DNA from: a bacterium
Lineage (GTDB): Bacteria > Krumholzibacteriota > Krumholzibacteriia > G020349025
Direction of reading: 5' to 3'
DNA: 64,000 bases
NCBI GenBank assembly: GCA_031362565.1
Contig: JANLSU010000069.1
Coordinates: 1 to 64,000, forward strand
The notes under the pieces are model-generated. The model was given only the letters and a program-made list of their open reading frames with translations. It was not told where the DNA came from and did not search any database. Numbering within the stretch: position 1 is the first letter of the stretch; every line of letters begins with the position of its first letter. Shown here in pieces: positions 18,226 through 28,174 of the stretch. The position numbers and the translations under genes were made by a program.

Positions 18226-21200
18226 ATGATTCGTTCAATCGTAGAATCGAGCCTGCGGTTCCGACCCCTAGTGGTCGGGCTTGCGGCCGTCGTCATGGCA
18301 GTGGGCATCGCCCGGCTCGATGACATGCCAGTGGACGTCTTCCCGGAAGTTCTTCCAGTCACAGTGAACGTGCAGACCGAAGCCCTCGGTTTGTCGGCGG
18401 CTGAGGTCGAGCAGCTGATCACGGTCCCGATCGAAGCGGACCTGCTGTCCGGCACGCCGTGGGTTGACGTCATGCGTTCCGAATCGGTTCCTGGGCTGTC
18501 GTCCATCGAGCTGACCTTCAAGCGTGGGACGGATCCCATGCAGGCGCGCCAGGTCGTGCAAGAGCGTCTGACCCAGGCGCACGCGTTGCCGAACGTGTCC
18601 CAGCCGCCGCAGATGCTGCAGCCGCTCTCATCCACCAACCGCATCATGCTGATCGGGATGGCTTCCGAGAACCAGTCCTTGATCGATATGTCGGTGTTGG
18701 CGCGCTGGACGATTCGGCCGCGTTTGATGGGCATTCCTGGCGTGGCCAACGTTGCCATTTGGGGCCAGCGTGAGCGCCAGTTGCAAGTGCTCGTCGATCC
18801 GAAGCGGTTGGCCGAACACAAGGTCTCGCTGCTCGACATCATCAAGACCACCGGCAACTCGCTGTGGTATTCGCCGTTGAGCTTTCTAGAGTCTTCGGTG
18901 GCTGGTACGGGTGGTTTCATCGAGACACCAAACCAGCGAATCGGAGTGCGTCACGTGTTCCCGATCACGACGGCATCGGACCTGGCCAAGGTGCCAGTCG
19001 AAGGCGGGTCCATGCGCCTCGACGACGTGGCAACGGTCGTCGAGGATCATCAGCCGCTGATCGGCGATGCGATAAACGGCCATGGACCCGGACTCCTGCT
19101 CGTCGTCGAGAAGCAACCGGGTGTGAACACGCTCGAAGTGTCGGACGATATCCTCGAAGCGCTCGACAATCTCAAGCCGGGCCTCGGTGGAATCGTTTTC
19201 GATCCGACCATCTACCAGCCAGCGAACTACATTCGCAGCGCAATCGGTAATATCGGGAGCGCTCTGCTGATCGCCTTGATTCTGGTCGCGGTGGCGCTTC
19301 TGGCGCTTTCCTACGACTGGCGCGCCGCGCTCGTCGGGGTGGTCGCGATTCCGCTGTCGTTGATGGTGGCTGTGATCCTCATCAACGCCACCGGCGCCAC
19401 GATCAACGTGATGGCGATCGCGGGGTTGGTCATCGCACTCGGTGTCGTCATCGACGACTCGATCATCGATGCCGACAACTTCTTGCGGCGTTTGCGCAAG
19501 GGCACCGGGAAGTCCACAGCGCGCACCATTCTCGATGCCTCGTTCGAGATGCGGAGCCCGCTGCTGTTCGGGACCGCGATCGTGCTGCTGGCCGCGCTGC
19601 CGATGCTGTTCGTCACCGGTAGCACCGGGGCGTTCGTGAAACCGGTGGCTTGGGCATATGGGCTCGCGGTGCTTGCGTCGCTGCTGGTCGCGACCACCGT
19701 CACGCCGGCGCTGAGCCTGATCCTCATGCGGAAGACGGCGCTCGATCGCCGGGAATCACCCTTCGCCGGCTGGCTGCATCGGCGGTACGCCCGCATGTCG
19801 CCGCGGGCGATCGCGGCGCCGCGCGCCGCATTTGCGGTGGCCGTCATCGCCACCGTGGCCGGCATCGCCATGTTGCCCCAACTGCGCGTCGCGACCGCGC
19901 CGACGTTCAAGGAGCCCGATCTGCTGGTGCAGTGGGATGCCGAGCCCGGTACCTCACGCCAGGAGATGAACCGCGTCCTCGATCGGGTCAGTCACGAGCT
20001 CCGATCGGTTCCGGGAGTGCAGAACGTGGGCGCACACGTGGGCCGCGCGCTGCTGTCGGACCAAGTCGTCGGTATCAACTCGAGCGAGCTGTGGATCACC
20101 CTGGATCCAGAGGCTGACTACGCTGCTACGACGACCGCCGTCGAAGCCGTAGTCCAAGGCTATCCGGGACTCGACTGCGATGTGATGACGTATCTGCGTT
20201 CACGGTTTGGCGAGGAGTTTTCCGGCGTCGACGAGCCAATCGTCGTGCGGCTGTATGGCCAGGAACTCGACGTCCTGCGCAGCGAGGCCGAAAAGCTCAA
20301 GCAGTCGCTGGCCGGAGTCCAAGGTCTCGTCGACCCGCGCATTGAACTCGAGTCCGAAGAGCCGGTCGTAGAGATCAAGGTCGATCTCGACCGGGCCAAG
20401 AACTACGGGGTCAAGCCGGGCGACGTGCGTCGCGCCGCTGCCACGCTCCTGGCCGGCACCCAGGTCGGCAACCTCTTCGAGGAGCAGAAACTATTCCAGG
20501 TTGTTGTCTGGGGCGTGCCCCAGATCCGGCACAGCGTGGCTGGGCTGAACGATCTCCTGATCGACACGCCAAGTGGCGGTCACGTGCGGCTGGGCGATGT
20601 GGCGTCGGTCAATGTGACGTCGGCGCCCGACATCATCCGGCGCGAAAACGTCGCCCGCAGGCTGGATGTCGTCGCGAATATCCACGGGCGTGACCTCGAT
20701 GCCGTGGCTGCCGATGTCAACAGTCGGATTCATGCAACCAAGTTCCCGATCGAGTACCATGCCGAACTACTCGGCGGTTTCGCAAATCAACAGATGGAAC
20801 GTCAGCGCCTCGTCTGGGTGGCAGTCGCTGCCGCCGTCGGGATGCTGCTGCTCTTGCAAGCGGTCTTCGGAAGCTGGCCGCTGGCGTTCGCAGTGCTGCT
20901 GACCCTACCGATTGCACTCGCCGGCGGCGTCATCACGGCCGCGGCCACTGGTGCGACTCTGTCGATCGGCGCGATTGCTGGTTTCTTGACCGTTCTCGGC
21001 ATCGCCGTGCGGCAAGCCATCCTGATGATCAATCGTTACCGGGACCTGCGGCACGACGAAGGTCTGGGCTTTGGCTCCGAGCTGACGCTGCGTGGAACCC
21101 AGGAACGTGCGACCCCAATCTTGACCGTGGCGATCGTCACCGGGCTGGCGGTGCTCCCATTTGCGGTGCTCGGCGCGCGCGCCGGTCAAGAGATCTTGAA

Positions 21201-21354
21201 TCCGATGGCGATCGTGATCCTGGGCGGGCTGTTCACAGCGACGTTGTATTCGCTGTGCGTCGTGCCGGCTCTGTACTCGCGGTTCGGAGCGAGTGCGATG
21301 CCAGAAGCGGTCGAAGAAGACGATCTCAATGCCGCACATCAAATGGCGGTCTGA
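18226..21354 (+). CDS. RND permease 1 (CusA/CzcA heavy-metal-type)
   Basis: 1042 aa, MPVDVFPE, AEVEQLITVPIE, TM4 GVVIDDSII, 12-TM RND layout; AGGAGG RBS. Confidence 0.93.
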   Translation: MIRSIVESSLRFRPLVVGLAAVVMAVGIARLDDMPVDVFPEVLPVTVNVQTEALGLSAAEVEQLITVPIEADLLSGTPWVDVMRSESVPGLSSIELTFKRGTDPMQARQVVQERLTQAHALPNVSQPPQMLQPLSSTNRIMLIGMASENQSLIDMSVLARWTIRPRLMGIPGVANVAIWGQRERQLQVLVDPKRLAEHKVSLLDIIKTTGNSLWYSPLSFLESSVAGTGGFIETPNQRIGVRHVFPITTASDLAKVPVEGGSMRLDDVATVVEDHQPLIGDAINGHGPGLLLVVEKQPGVNTLEVSDDILEALDNLKPGLGGIVFDPTIYQPANYIRSAIGNIGSALLIALILVAVALLALSYDWRAALVGVVAIPLSLMVAVILINATGATINVMAIAGLVIALGVVIDDSIIDADNFLRRLRKGTGKSTARTILDASFEMRSPLLFGTAIVLLAALPMLFVTGSTGAFVKPVAWAYGLAVLASLLVATTVTPALSLILMRKTALDRRESPFAGWLHRRYARMSPRAIAAPRAAFAVAVIATVAGIAMLPQLRVATAPTFKEPDLLVQWDAEPGTSRQEMNRVLDRVSHELRSVPGVQNVGAHVGRALLSDQVVGINSSELWITLDPEADYAATTTAVEAVVQGYPGLDCDVMTYLRSRFGEEFSGVDEPIVVRLYGQELDVLRSEAEKLKQSLAGVQGLVDPRIELESEEPVVEIKVDLDRAKNYGVKPGDVRRAAATLLAGTQVGNLFEEQKLFQVVVWGVPQIRHSVAGLNDLLIDTPSGGHVRLGDVASVNVTSAPDIIRRENVARRLDVVANIHGRDLDAVAADVNSRIHATKFPIEYHAELLGGFANQQMERQRLVWVAVAAAVGMLLLLQAVFGSWPLAFAVLLTLPIALAGGVITAAATGATLSIGAIAGFLTVLGIAVRQAILMINRYRDLRHDEGLGFGSELTLRGTQERATPILTVAIVTGLAVLPFAVLGARAGQEILNPMAIVILGGLFTATLYSLCVVPALYSRFGASAMPEAVEEDDLNAAHQMAV

Positions 21355-21392
21355 ACATGAATCCCATGAGCTTTGAACCAGGAGGAAACAAG

Positions 21393-21839
21393 ATGCTCCG
21401 CGCACGACTCGCAATGGTGGCATTGATCGCGATCGGTCTGCCGCTGATGGGTTGCAAGAAGGACAAAGTGGCAGAGAAGCACCACCCCGCGAAGGTGGAA
21501 GAAAGCGGCACGAAGGGCATCATGAAGGTGACCCTCGAGGCGCGTGCGGCCGAACGAATCGGTCTCGAGACGGCTCCGATCCGCGAAGAGCAAGTGACGC
21601 TTGCGGGCGGTACCGTGATGCGCAAGGTCGTGCCGTATGGCGCCCTCATGTACGACAAGAAGGGCGACACGTGGACGTTCACGAACCCTGAGCCGCTGGT
21701 GTTCGTCCGGCAACACGTCGTTGTCGAACGCATCGACGGCAATCGTGTGATCTTGGCGGAAGGCCCGCCCACTGGCACTGTCGTCGCAACGGTCGGCAGC
21801 GCGTTGCTGATGGGCGCCGAACACAAGTACGGCCACTGA
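21393..21839 (+). CDS. 148-aa lipoprotein resembling only the membrane-proximal part of an RND adaptor
   Basis: Lipobox LMGC; TLEARAAERIGLET and VPYGAL...FVRQHV...ILAEGPPTGTVVATVG; AGGAGG RBS. Confidence 0.75.
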   Translation: MLRARLAMVALIAIGLPLMGCKKDKVAEKHHPAKVEESGTKGIMKVTLEARAAERIGLETAPIREEQVTLAGGTVMRKVVPYGALMYDKKGDTWTFTNPEPLVFVRQHVVVERIDGNRVILAEGPPTGTVVATVGSALLMGAEHKYGH

Positions 21840-21863
21840 GGTCGATCCAGGAGGTCTTCGGCC

Positions 21864-24800
21864 ATGTTTCGCTGGATCGTAGGATCGAGCCTCAAGTACC
21901 GCTTCATCGTGGTCGCGATTGCTGCGGCGATGATGATCGTCGGTGTGGACCAGATGCGGCACATGCCGGTGGACGTGTTCCCCGAGTTTGCGCCGCCCAT
22001 CGTGGAAATCCAGACCCCGTGCATCGGCCTCTCGCCCACCGAGGTCGAGGCGCTGGTGACCATTCCCATGGAGCAGTCGCTCGCGGGCCTGCCTGACATC
22101 GACGTCCTGCGCTCGAAGTCGGTCACTGACCTATCGTCGGTCAAGATGATCTTCAAGAGAGGCACGGATCCGATGCTTGCGCGGCAGCACGTGCAAGAGG
22201 GGCTCGCGCTGGTCATCGGCGTGATCCCCAAGGACGTGGGTCCGCCCCAAATGCTGCAACCGCTGTCGGCAACCGCCCGGTTCATGAAGATCGGCGTGTC
22301 GTCGAAAACGGTATCGTTGGTCGATCAGTCGATGATCGCCTATTGGACGATCCGGCCGCGGCTCTTGGCCGTGCCGGGTGTGGCCAACGTGGCGATCTGG
22401 GGCGAACGGATCAAGATGCCCCAAGTGCAACTGGAGCCCGAGCGGTTGCGCGAGAACGGCGTGACCGTTCAAGCCGTCATGGAGGCGACCTCCGACGCCC
22501 TGGAAGCGGGGCTCATGTCGAGCTCCGACGGTGCGATGATCGGCACCGGAGGCTTCATCGATACCCCGAATCAGAGATTCGGAGTGCGGCATGTCCTGCC
22601 GATCATCGATCCCGCCACCCTTGGTGAGGTCGCGATCAGCGAGCGCGACGGCAAGCCCGTGCGCTTGAAGGACGTGGCACAGGTCGTCGAGGGTCACCAG
22701 CCGCTAGTCGGCGACGCCGTGATCAACGGCGGCCCGGGTCTACTGCTCATCATCGAGAAGTTCCCGTGGGCCAACACGTTGCAAGTGACGGACGGAGTCG
22801 ACAAGGCGTTGGATTCCATGCGTCCGGGCCTTCCGGCGCTGGACATCGACGCGACGATCTTCCGCCCGGCGAGCTTTGTTCAAACGTCGATCGAGAACCT
22901 GCGGAACTCGCTCTTGCTGGGTTGCCTGCTGCTGGTCGTCGTTCTCGCCATCTTCCTGTTCGAGTGGCGCATTGCCTTGATTACGTGCACGGCGATTCCG
23001 CTGGCACTGGTCACCGCAATGCTAGTGCTGTATGTGCGGCACACCACGATCAACACGATGATCCTGGCTGGGTTCGTCATCGCGCTCGGCGCGCTGGTGG
23101 ACGACGCCATCATCGACATCGAGAACGTGGTGCGGCGCCTGCGACAACACCGCCGCGAAGGCAGTCGCAAGCCGATGGCACGCATCATCCTCGAGGCCTC
23201 GCTCGAAGTTCGACATGCCATCGTCTACGCGACGTTGATCGACGTGTTGGCGCTCTTGCCGGTGTTCTTCCTGGGCGGTCTGTCCGGGGCGTTCTTCCGG
23301 CCGCTGGCCGTGTCGTACTCGCTAGCCATGCTCGCGTCCATGGCGGTGGCGTTGACCGTAACCCCCGCTCTGGCTTACATCGTGTTCTCGCGAGCCAAGC
23401 TTTCCGAGCGTGAGTCACCGTTCGTGCGGTGGTTGCACCGCGTCTACACGGCGGCTCTCACCCGGATCGTCGTTCGTCCGCGCACCATGTACGGCACTGT
23501 GATCGTCATCACCCTGGCTGGGGTCCTCGTGGTCCCGCACCTGGGGCAGTCGTTGCTCCCTGATTTCAAGGAGCGCGATTTCCTGATGCACTGGGTCACC
23601 GAGCCCGGGACTTCGTGTGGGGAAGAGGTCCGAGTCACGGCTCGGGCGTACGATGAACTCAGCAAGATCCCCGGCGTGCGGAACTTCGGTTCCCACATTG
23701 GGCAGGCGCTGATCATGGACGAGGTGTACGGGGTCTACTTCGGAGAGAACTGGATCAGCATCGATCCGAAAGTGGACTATGACAAGACGCTGGCGGCTGT
23801 CCAAACGGCTGTGGACGGGTACCCAGGTCTCGTCCGCGACGTGCAGACGTACCTCAAGGAGAGAATCCGCGAGGTGCTGACTGGTTCTCCGACAGCGATT
23901 ACCGTCCGTATTTTCGGCGAGGATCTCGCGATCCTGCGCGCCAAGGCGGACGAAGTCAAGAAATCGATGGAGGACATTCCCGGCATCGTGGATCTCAAGG
24001 TCGAGTCGCTGAAGGAGATTCCGCAGATCGACGTCAAAGTGGATCTCGAGAAGGCCAACTATTACGGGGTCAAGCCCGGCGACGTGCGGCGTACGGCCGC
24101 AGCGCTGGTCGCGGGCACCGAAGTCGGCGATATCTTCCGCGACGGTAAGGCCTACGACGTGAACGTGTGGAGCACACCGGAGAACCGGAACAGCGTTGGT
24201 GCGATCCGCGATCTGCGCATCGACACCGATAAGCAGGGACAGGTGCGCCTGGCGGACCTGGCCGATGTCCGGGTGAATCCGGCACCCAACGCGGTCGAAC
24301 GCTGGCAAATGAAGCGCAAGATCGACGTCCGGGCCAACGTTCGCGGCAGAGATCTTGGGTCGGTTGTGAAGGACGTCAAGGCGCAAGTCGCCAAGGTGGG
24401 GTTCCCGGCCGAGTACCATCCCGAGTTGCTCGGAGAGTACGCGGAGCGCCAGGCAGCTCAGAAGAAGATGCGGGTTACGATGCTCATCTCGGCGATCGGG
24501 ATCCTGCTGATGCTGCAAGCGTCCTTCTCGAGCTGGCGTCTGGCAATTGGCGGCTTCCTGTCATTGCCTGCGGCGCTCGTGGGTGGGCTCTTGGCGGCCT
24601 ACCTGGGTGATGGCGTGGTTTCGTTGGGTACGATCGTCGGGTTCCTCACGGTTCTCGGGATCGCCGCCCGTAACGGCATCATGCTCATCAATCACTACCA
24701 GCATCTCGAGCGGGTGGAGGGTGTGCCCTTTGGTATGGGGCTCGTGATTCGCGGGGCGCGGGAGCGCATCTCGCCGATCATGATGACGGTGTCTTGCACG

Positions 24801-24986
24801 GCGTTGGGGCTTGCGCCGCTACTGATCGCCGGCACCATCCCGGGCCACGAGATCGAACATCCAATGGCGGTTGTCATCCTTGGCGGTCTGATCACCTCGA
24901 CGCTGCTCAATCTATTCGTGGTCCCGACGCTGTACCTGCGCTTTGGGCGGAATCAGGGTCGGCAAGGCAACCCGGCGATGGCTTGA
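21864..24986 (+). CDS. RND permease 2 (CusA/CzcA heavy-metal-type), paralog of permease 1
   Basis: 1040 aa, MPVDVFPEF, TM4 GALVDDAIIDIEN, GIAARNGIML, RERISPIMMT. Confidence 0.93.
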   Translation: MFRWIVGSSLKYRFIVVAIAAAMMIVGVDQMRHMPVDVFPEFAPPIVEIQTPCIGLSPTEVEALVTIPMEQSLAGLPDIDVLRSKSVTDLSSVKMIFKRGTDPMLARQHVQEGLALVIGVIPKDVGPPQMLQPLSATARFMKIGVSSKTVSLVDQSMIAYWTIRPRLLAVPGVANVAIWGERIKMPQVQLEPERLRENGVTVQAVMEATSDALEAGLMSSSDGAMIGTGGFIDTPNQRFGVRHVLPIIDPATLGEVAISERDGKPVRLKDVAQVVEGHQPLVGDAVINGGPGLLLIIEKFPWANTLQVTDGVDKALDSMRPGLPALDIDATIFRPASFVQTSIENLRNSLLLGCLLLVVVLAIFLFEWRIALITCTAIPLALVTAMLVLYVRHTTINTMILAGFVIALGALVDDAIIDIENVVRRLRQHRREGSRKPMARIILEASLEVRHAIVYATLIDVLALLPVFFLGGLSGAFFRPLAVSYSLAMLASMAVALTVTPALAYIVFSRAKLSERESPFVRWLHRVYTAALTRIVVRPRTMYGTVIVITLAGVLVVPHLGQSLLPDFKERDFLMHWVTEPGTSCGEEVRVTARAYDELSKIPGVRNFGSHIGQALIMDEVYGVYFGENWISIDPKVDYDKTLAAVQTAVDGYPGLVRDVQTYLKERIREVLTGSPTAITVRIFGEDLAILRAKADEVKKSMEDIPGIVDLKVESLKEIPQIDVKVDLEKANYYGVKPGDVRRTAAALVAGTEVGDIFRDGKAYDVNVWSTPENRNSVGAIRDLRIDTDKQGQVRLADLADVRVNPAPNAVERWQMKRKIDVRANVRGRDLGSVVKDVKAQVAKVGFPAEYHPELLGEYAERQAAQKKMRVTMLISAIGILLMLQASFSSWRLAIGGFLSLPAALVGGLLAAYLGDGVVSLGTIVGFLTVLGIAARNGIMLINHYQHLERVEGVPFGMGLVIRGARERISPIMMTVSCTALGLAPLLIAGTIPGHEIEHPMAVVILGGLITSTLLNLFVVPTLYLRFGRNQGRQGNPAMA

Positions 24987-25098
24987 GCTGGTGGGTGAAA
25001 AGTACATCGACCCCGGCGCCTGTGGGCGGATACGGCGGCCAAGGCGCTGGGGCGGGGCGGGTGCGGAGTTGGCTCAGAAGAAGAGTCTGTCAGTGGAT

Positions 25099-25765
25099 CA
25101 GGTGCGACGCCCGGGTACTGGGCGGAAGCGGATGACCGTGCTGGTCCCGGGCCTGGCTTCGGCCTTGCAAGGACTGGTAGAGCCGGTGACGCGCGGCGAT
25201 TCAGAATCGCCACTGCGCTGGACGAGCAAAAGTACGCGTCACTTGGCCGCGGCACGAGCGGGTCAAAACCCAGTTGAACCGTGGCCAACCGGCCATCTCC
25301 GTGGACACCAAGCAGAAGGAACTGGTCGGGTGATTCAAGAACGCGGGGCAGGCGTGGCGGCCGCAGGGGAAAGCCAGAAAAGGTGCGGGTACATGGCTTT
25401 CTGGATCGCGAGAAGGGCAAGGCGATCCCGTATGGCGTGTACGATCTCGGCCGCAACCTCGGCTGGGTCAGCGTCGGGGGGGACCACGACACGGCTGCCT
25501 TTGCCGCCGCCACGATCCGACGCTGGTGGCGCGAGCTGGGACGCAAGCACTACCCTCGCGCCACGTCGGTGCTCATCACTGCCGACAGTGGCGGCAGTAA
25601 TGGGTCCCGCCGACGCCTTTGGAAATGGGAGCTTCAGAAGCTGCCGCAGCATTCATCTCGCAGAACTGGCGCGGGCAACCGCTGCTGACACACGCCGCCA
25701 TCGTCAGCCTCATCGCTGCGACGCGAACCAAGACGGGCCTCAAGGTGCGTTGCGTCCTCGACACT
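25099..25765 (+). mobile_element. Degraded ISAzo13-family transposase
   Basis: Fragments in different frames: RRPG.GRK..LVEPVTRGD.ESPLRWTSKSTR; PAISVDTK.KELVG*FKNAG; KAIPYGVYD..DHDTA.FA..TIRRWW..ITADSGGSNG; FISQNWRGQPL..TKTGLKVRC. Internal stop, frameshifts and deletions. Confidence 0.88.
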
Positions 25766-25769
25766 CACG

Positions 25770-25885
25770 CTCGAGCGCTTATCGCCGAATCTGATGACCG
25801 CACTGGCGACAGGCCTGGCACTCGTGCCATTGGTGAACCTGTTTGTCGTACCGTCTCTCTACCTGCGTTTAGGCAAGAGCCGGGT
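25770..25885 (+). pseudogene. Remnant 3' end of a further RND permease
   Basis: LERLSPNLMTALATGLALVPL-VNLFVVPSLYLRLG aligns to the TM11 and TM12 ends of permease 2 with an internal deletion. Confidence 0.75.
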
Positions 25886-26390
25886 TCGTGCACCTCTCGA
25901 CCTGCGCGTCGGTGTTCTTCGGGGCCGGGCGCCGTTCGGGAGCTCTCGGGGCGGAAGCGGTGTGAGTGGTGATCGGGTCCGGGCGGCCCTGTGGCCCGGA
26001 TCTGCCATCCGCGCCGCAACCGTAGGACACGGCGAGGGTCCCCTCGGCTGCACGTCCAACCAAGCCCGCACGTCATTCGTCGATGCGGTTGACGCCGAAT
26101 CCGAGCCCACCCTCGAGCCAGCCATTCAAGGCCACGACCGGATCGTCGGCGCGCGAAGCGGAACGAGCCGCGGGCCGCTCGTTGCGTTGGCCGCCGCGTG
26201 ATCGGGCGGGGATCCAGAACGAGTCTTTTCGAGGTTTTTCGCAGGCTTACCCCGCGCCCTCACGGCAGCGCACGGGAAATGGCTCCATGGGTGGATTTTC
26301 CACCGAGCGGCAGCGACCGCCTGTCAACGGGAGTGACGGGGGAAGTGTCGCTGACGTTGGCACCCGGGCTGGCCGTGCCGTCACGCTGGG

Positions 26391-26834
26391 CTACGGGTTG
26401 GCAGCCGCGAGCGGCGCCGTGAAGAACTTGACGCCGACCACCTGCAGGCTTTCGACGGGCGTATACGTAACCCACCGGTACATGGTGACCCGGTACGTGT
26501 GGCCCCGCGCCAGCGGCCGGGCTTGCTCTTCGAGCGTTGTGCAGGGCGGGTTTGAGTTGAAGACGATTGGCGTGTGGTAGCAGTTTTGGCCCGGCGCCTC
26601 GGTACCCCAATACTCGTCGATGCCTTCCTCGACCAAGAGCCGGCCGATGGTGCAGTCCGGGGTCCAGGAGAAAGTGGGGATCGTGTCGGCGATCGTGACC
26701 GTGATCTGAATGCTGTCGGTGCACTCGGGTGTCTCCGGCAGCGGCTTCACCGTGCCACCCCCGCCGCAACGCAGCAGCGTCCAGGAGCCCAAAGCCAGAG
26801 CCAACACAAGCACGGTCCGTCGGCGTTCGATCAT
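26391..26834 (-). CDS. Putative exported or lipoprotein, Cys-containing, unknown function
   Basis: RRR + hydrophobic stretch + CGGG; GGAGG RBS before ATG. Confidence 0.65.
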   Translation of the reverse strand: MIERRRTVLVLALALGSWTLLRCGGGGTVKPLPETPECTDSIQITVTIADTIPTFSWTPDCTIGRLLVEEGIDEYWGTEAPGQNCYHTPIVFNSNPPCTTLEEQARPLARGHTYRVTMYRWVTYTPVESLQVVGVKFFTAPLAAANP

Positions 26835-26974
26835 CGCTGCAGCCTCCACCAGGTCCTAGGATTCGGGCGCTGGAGTCTACTTGGGCTCGTTCGTTTGCGA
26901 CAACGCGATACGGCAGGGCTCCTGGGGCCGAGGATGCCTGGAATCGGTGCTGTATTCGCCTTGCCGCAAGCCCC

Positions 26975-27868
26975 TCACCGGCAAGGTGCCGTATGACGGT
27001 ACACGTCGTTGATCTCGTAGGCGCGCGCCTCGAGCTTGAGCGTTTCCTTACGGGCCTCGGCCAATTCCTCAGGCGTCAAACGCAAGATGTTGACCAAAAC
27101 CAGGGTCTCGCCTTCCGGATCGTCCACGGCACCGATCGACACGTTGCCGACCCCGGGCGCGTAGTACTTCCGTTGGTGGGCGGCCGCGACATCGAGGGGG
27201 CTCCACTCGTCGATGACGACCGCGTTTTCGTAGCAACTGTAGGGCACACAGACCGTCCCACCGCGCGAAAACACCCGCCCACAGTCCAAGAAGTTGACGT
27301 CCGGGGCCCAGCCTTGCAGGAAGGGCGAGGTGGATTCCAGTTTCTTGCGGCCGGGTAGGATAATGCCGGCATCGGCGCCCGAGTATGTTGCGATCCAGGT
27401 GCTGGGGGCCCCAATGAAGACGTCGTTCTCGTACTCCTCCGGATATTCGCCCATGACCCAGACGCTGCCCTCATCGTCCTGCGCGAAGAAGGCGAGTTCG
27501 GCCTCCTGCAGGTGCCCATCGGTGTAGTCGCGGTCCCACAGGACCACGGTGTTCACGCCGCCGATGTCCTTGGTCAGGTTGGTGACTGTGAAGATCACGC
27601 GGTGCGGCAGCAGCCCGCCGCCGCGGTTCGCGACCCCGTCCAGGATGAAAGCCGTGCCGGGGATGAGCGGCATCCAGCGGTTGTCGATCATCGTCGAGGC
27701 GGGGGAGAAGTCCCGGCGATCGAAGACGTTAGAGCCACCACATTCCGTCAACCCGGGCGAGATCGTCGCAACGGGGCCGGTCGTCTCATCGCACCCGACC
27801 CACACAAGGCCGAGTAGCGTGGCGAGAATGACCGGCGGGAATGACGATCGTGGACGATGGGTACGCAT
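26975..27868 (-). CDS. Conserved-looking acidic lipoprotein of unknown function
   Basis: Lipobox-like WVGC; IDNRWMPLIPGT, FFAQDDEGSVWVMGE, KYYAPGVG; GGAGG RBS. Confidence 0.75.
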   Translation of the reverse strand: MRTHRPRSSFPPVILATLLGLVWVGCDETTGPVATISPGLTECGGSNVFDRRDFSPASTMIDNRWMPLIPGTAFILDGVANRGGGLLPHRVIFTVTNLTKDIGGVNTVVLWDRDYTDGHLQEAELAFFAQDDEGSVWVMGEYPEEYENDVFIGAPSTWIATYSGADAGIILPGRKKLESTSPFLQGWAPDVNFLDCGRVFSRGGTVCVPYSCYENAVVIDEWSPLDVAAAHQRKYYAPGVGNVSIGAVDDPEGETLVLVNILRLTPEELAEARKETLKLEARAYEINDVYRHTAPCR

Positions 27869-28052
27869 GAGTCCTCCGGAGCGAAAAAGCCCTGCGACGA
27901 CCTTCGCGAGTCTCCCGGCGCGTCCGACGGCAGACAATTCCGTGGCGCGGACTCGCGATTGGGGTTTCTTGCGCAGTGTCAGCGACGCAACCAGCCGCCG
28001 GATCATCGCCGTCGGCGTTTGATGTAGGAATCTCGCAGGGGGCGCTGTCCTG

Positions 28053-28123
28053 AAGATACCGGACGTCGATAGGGGAGGTCAACAGTCGTAGCAGTTGACG
28101 GCTTTCGTGCACACTGTTAGCAT
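28053..28123. promoter_or_regulatory. Back-to-back divergent sigma70 promoters
   Basis: Plus: TTGACG(28095)-N17-TAGCAT(28118) with TGn extension. Minus: TTGACC(28082)-N18-TATCTT(28058). Confidence 0.6.
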
Positions 28124-28174
28124 TTAAGACACGCCCCCCCAGAATGTGTGGTTTCACAACCGCGTGGGGTTTGC

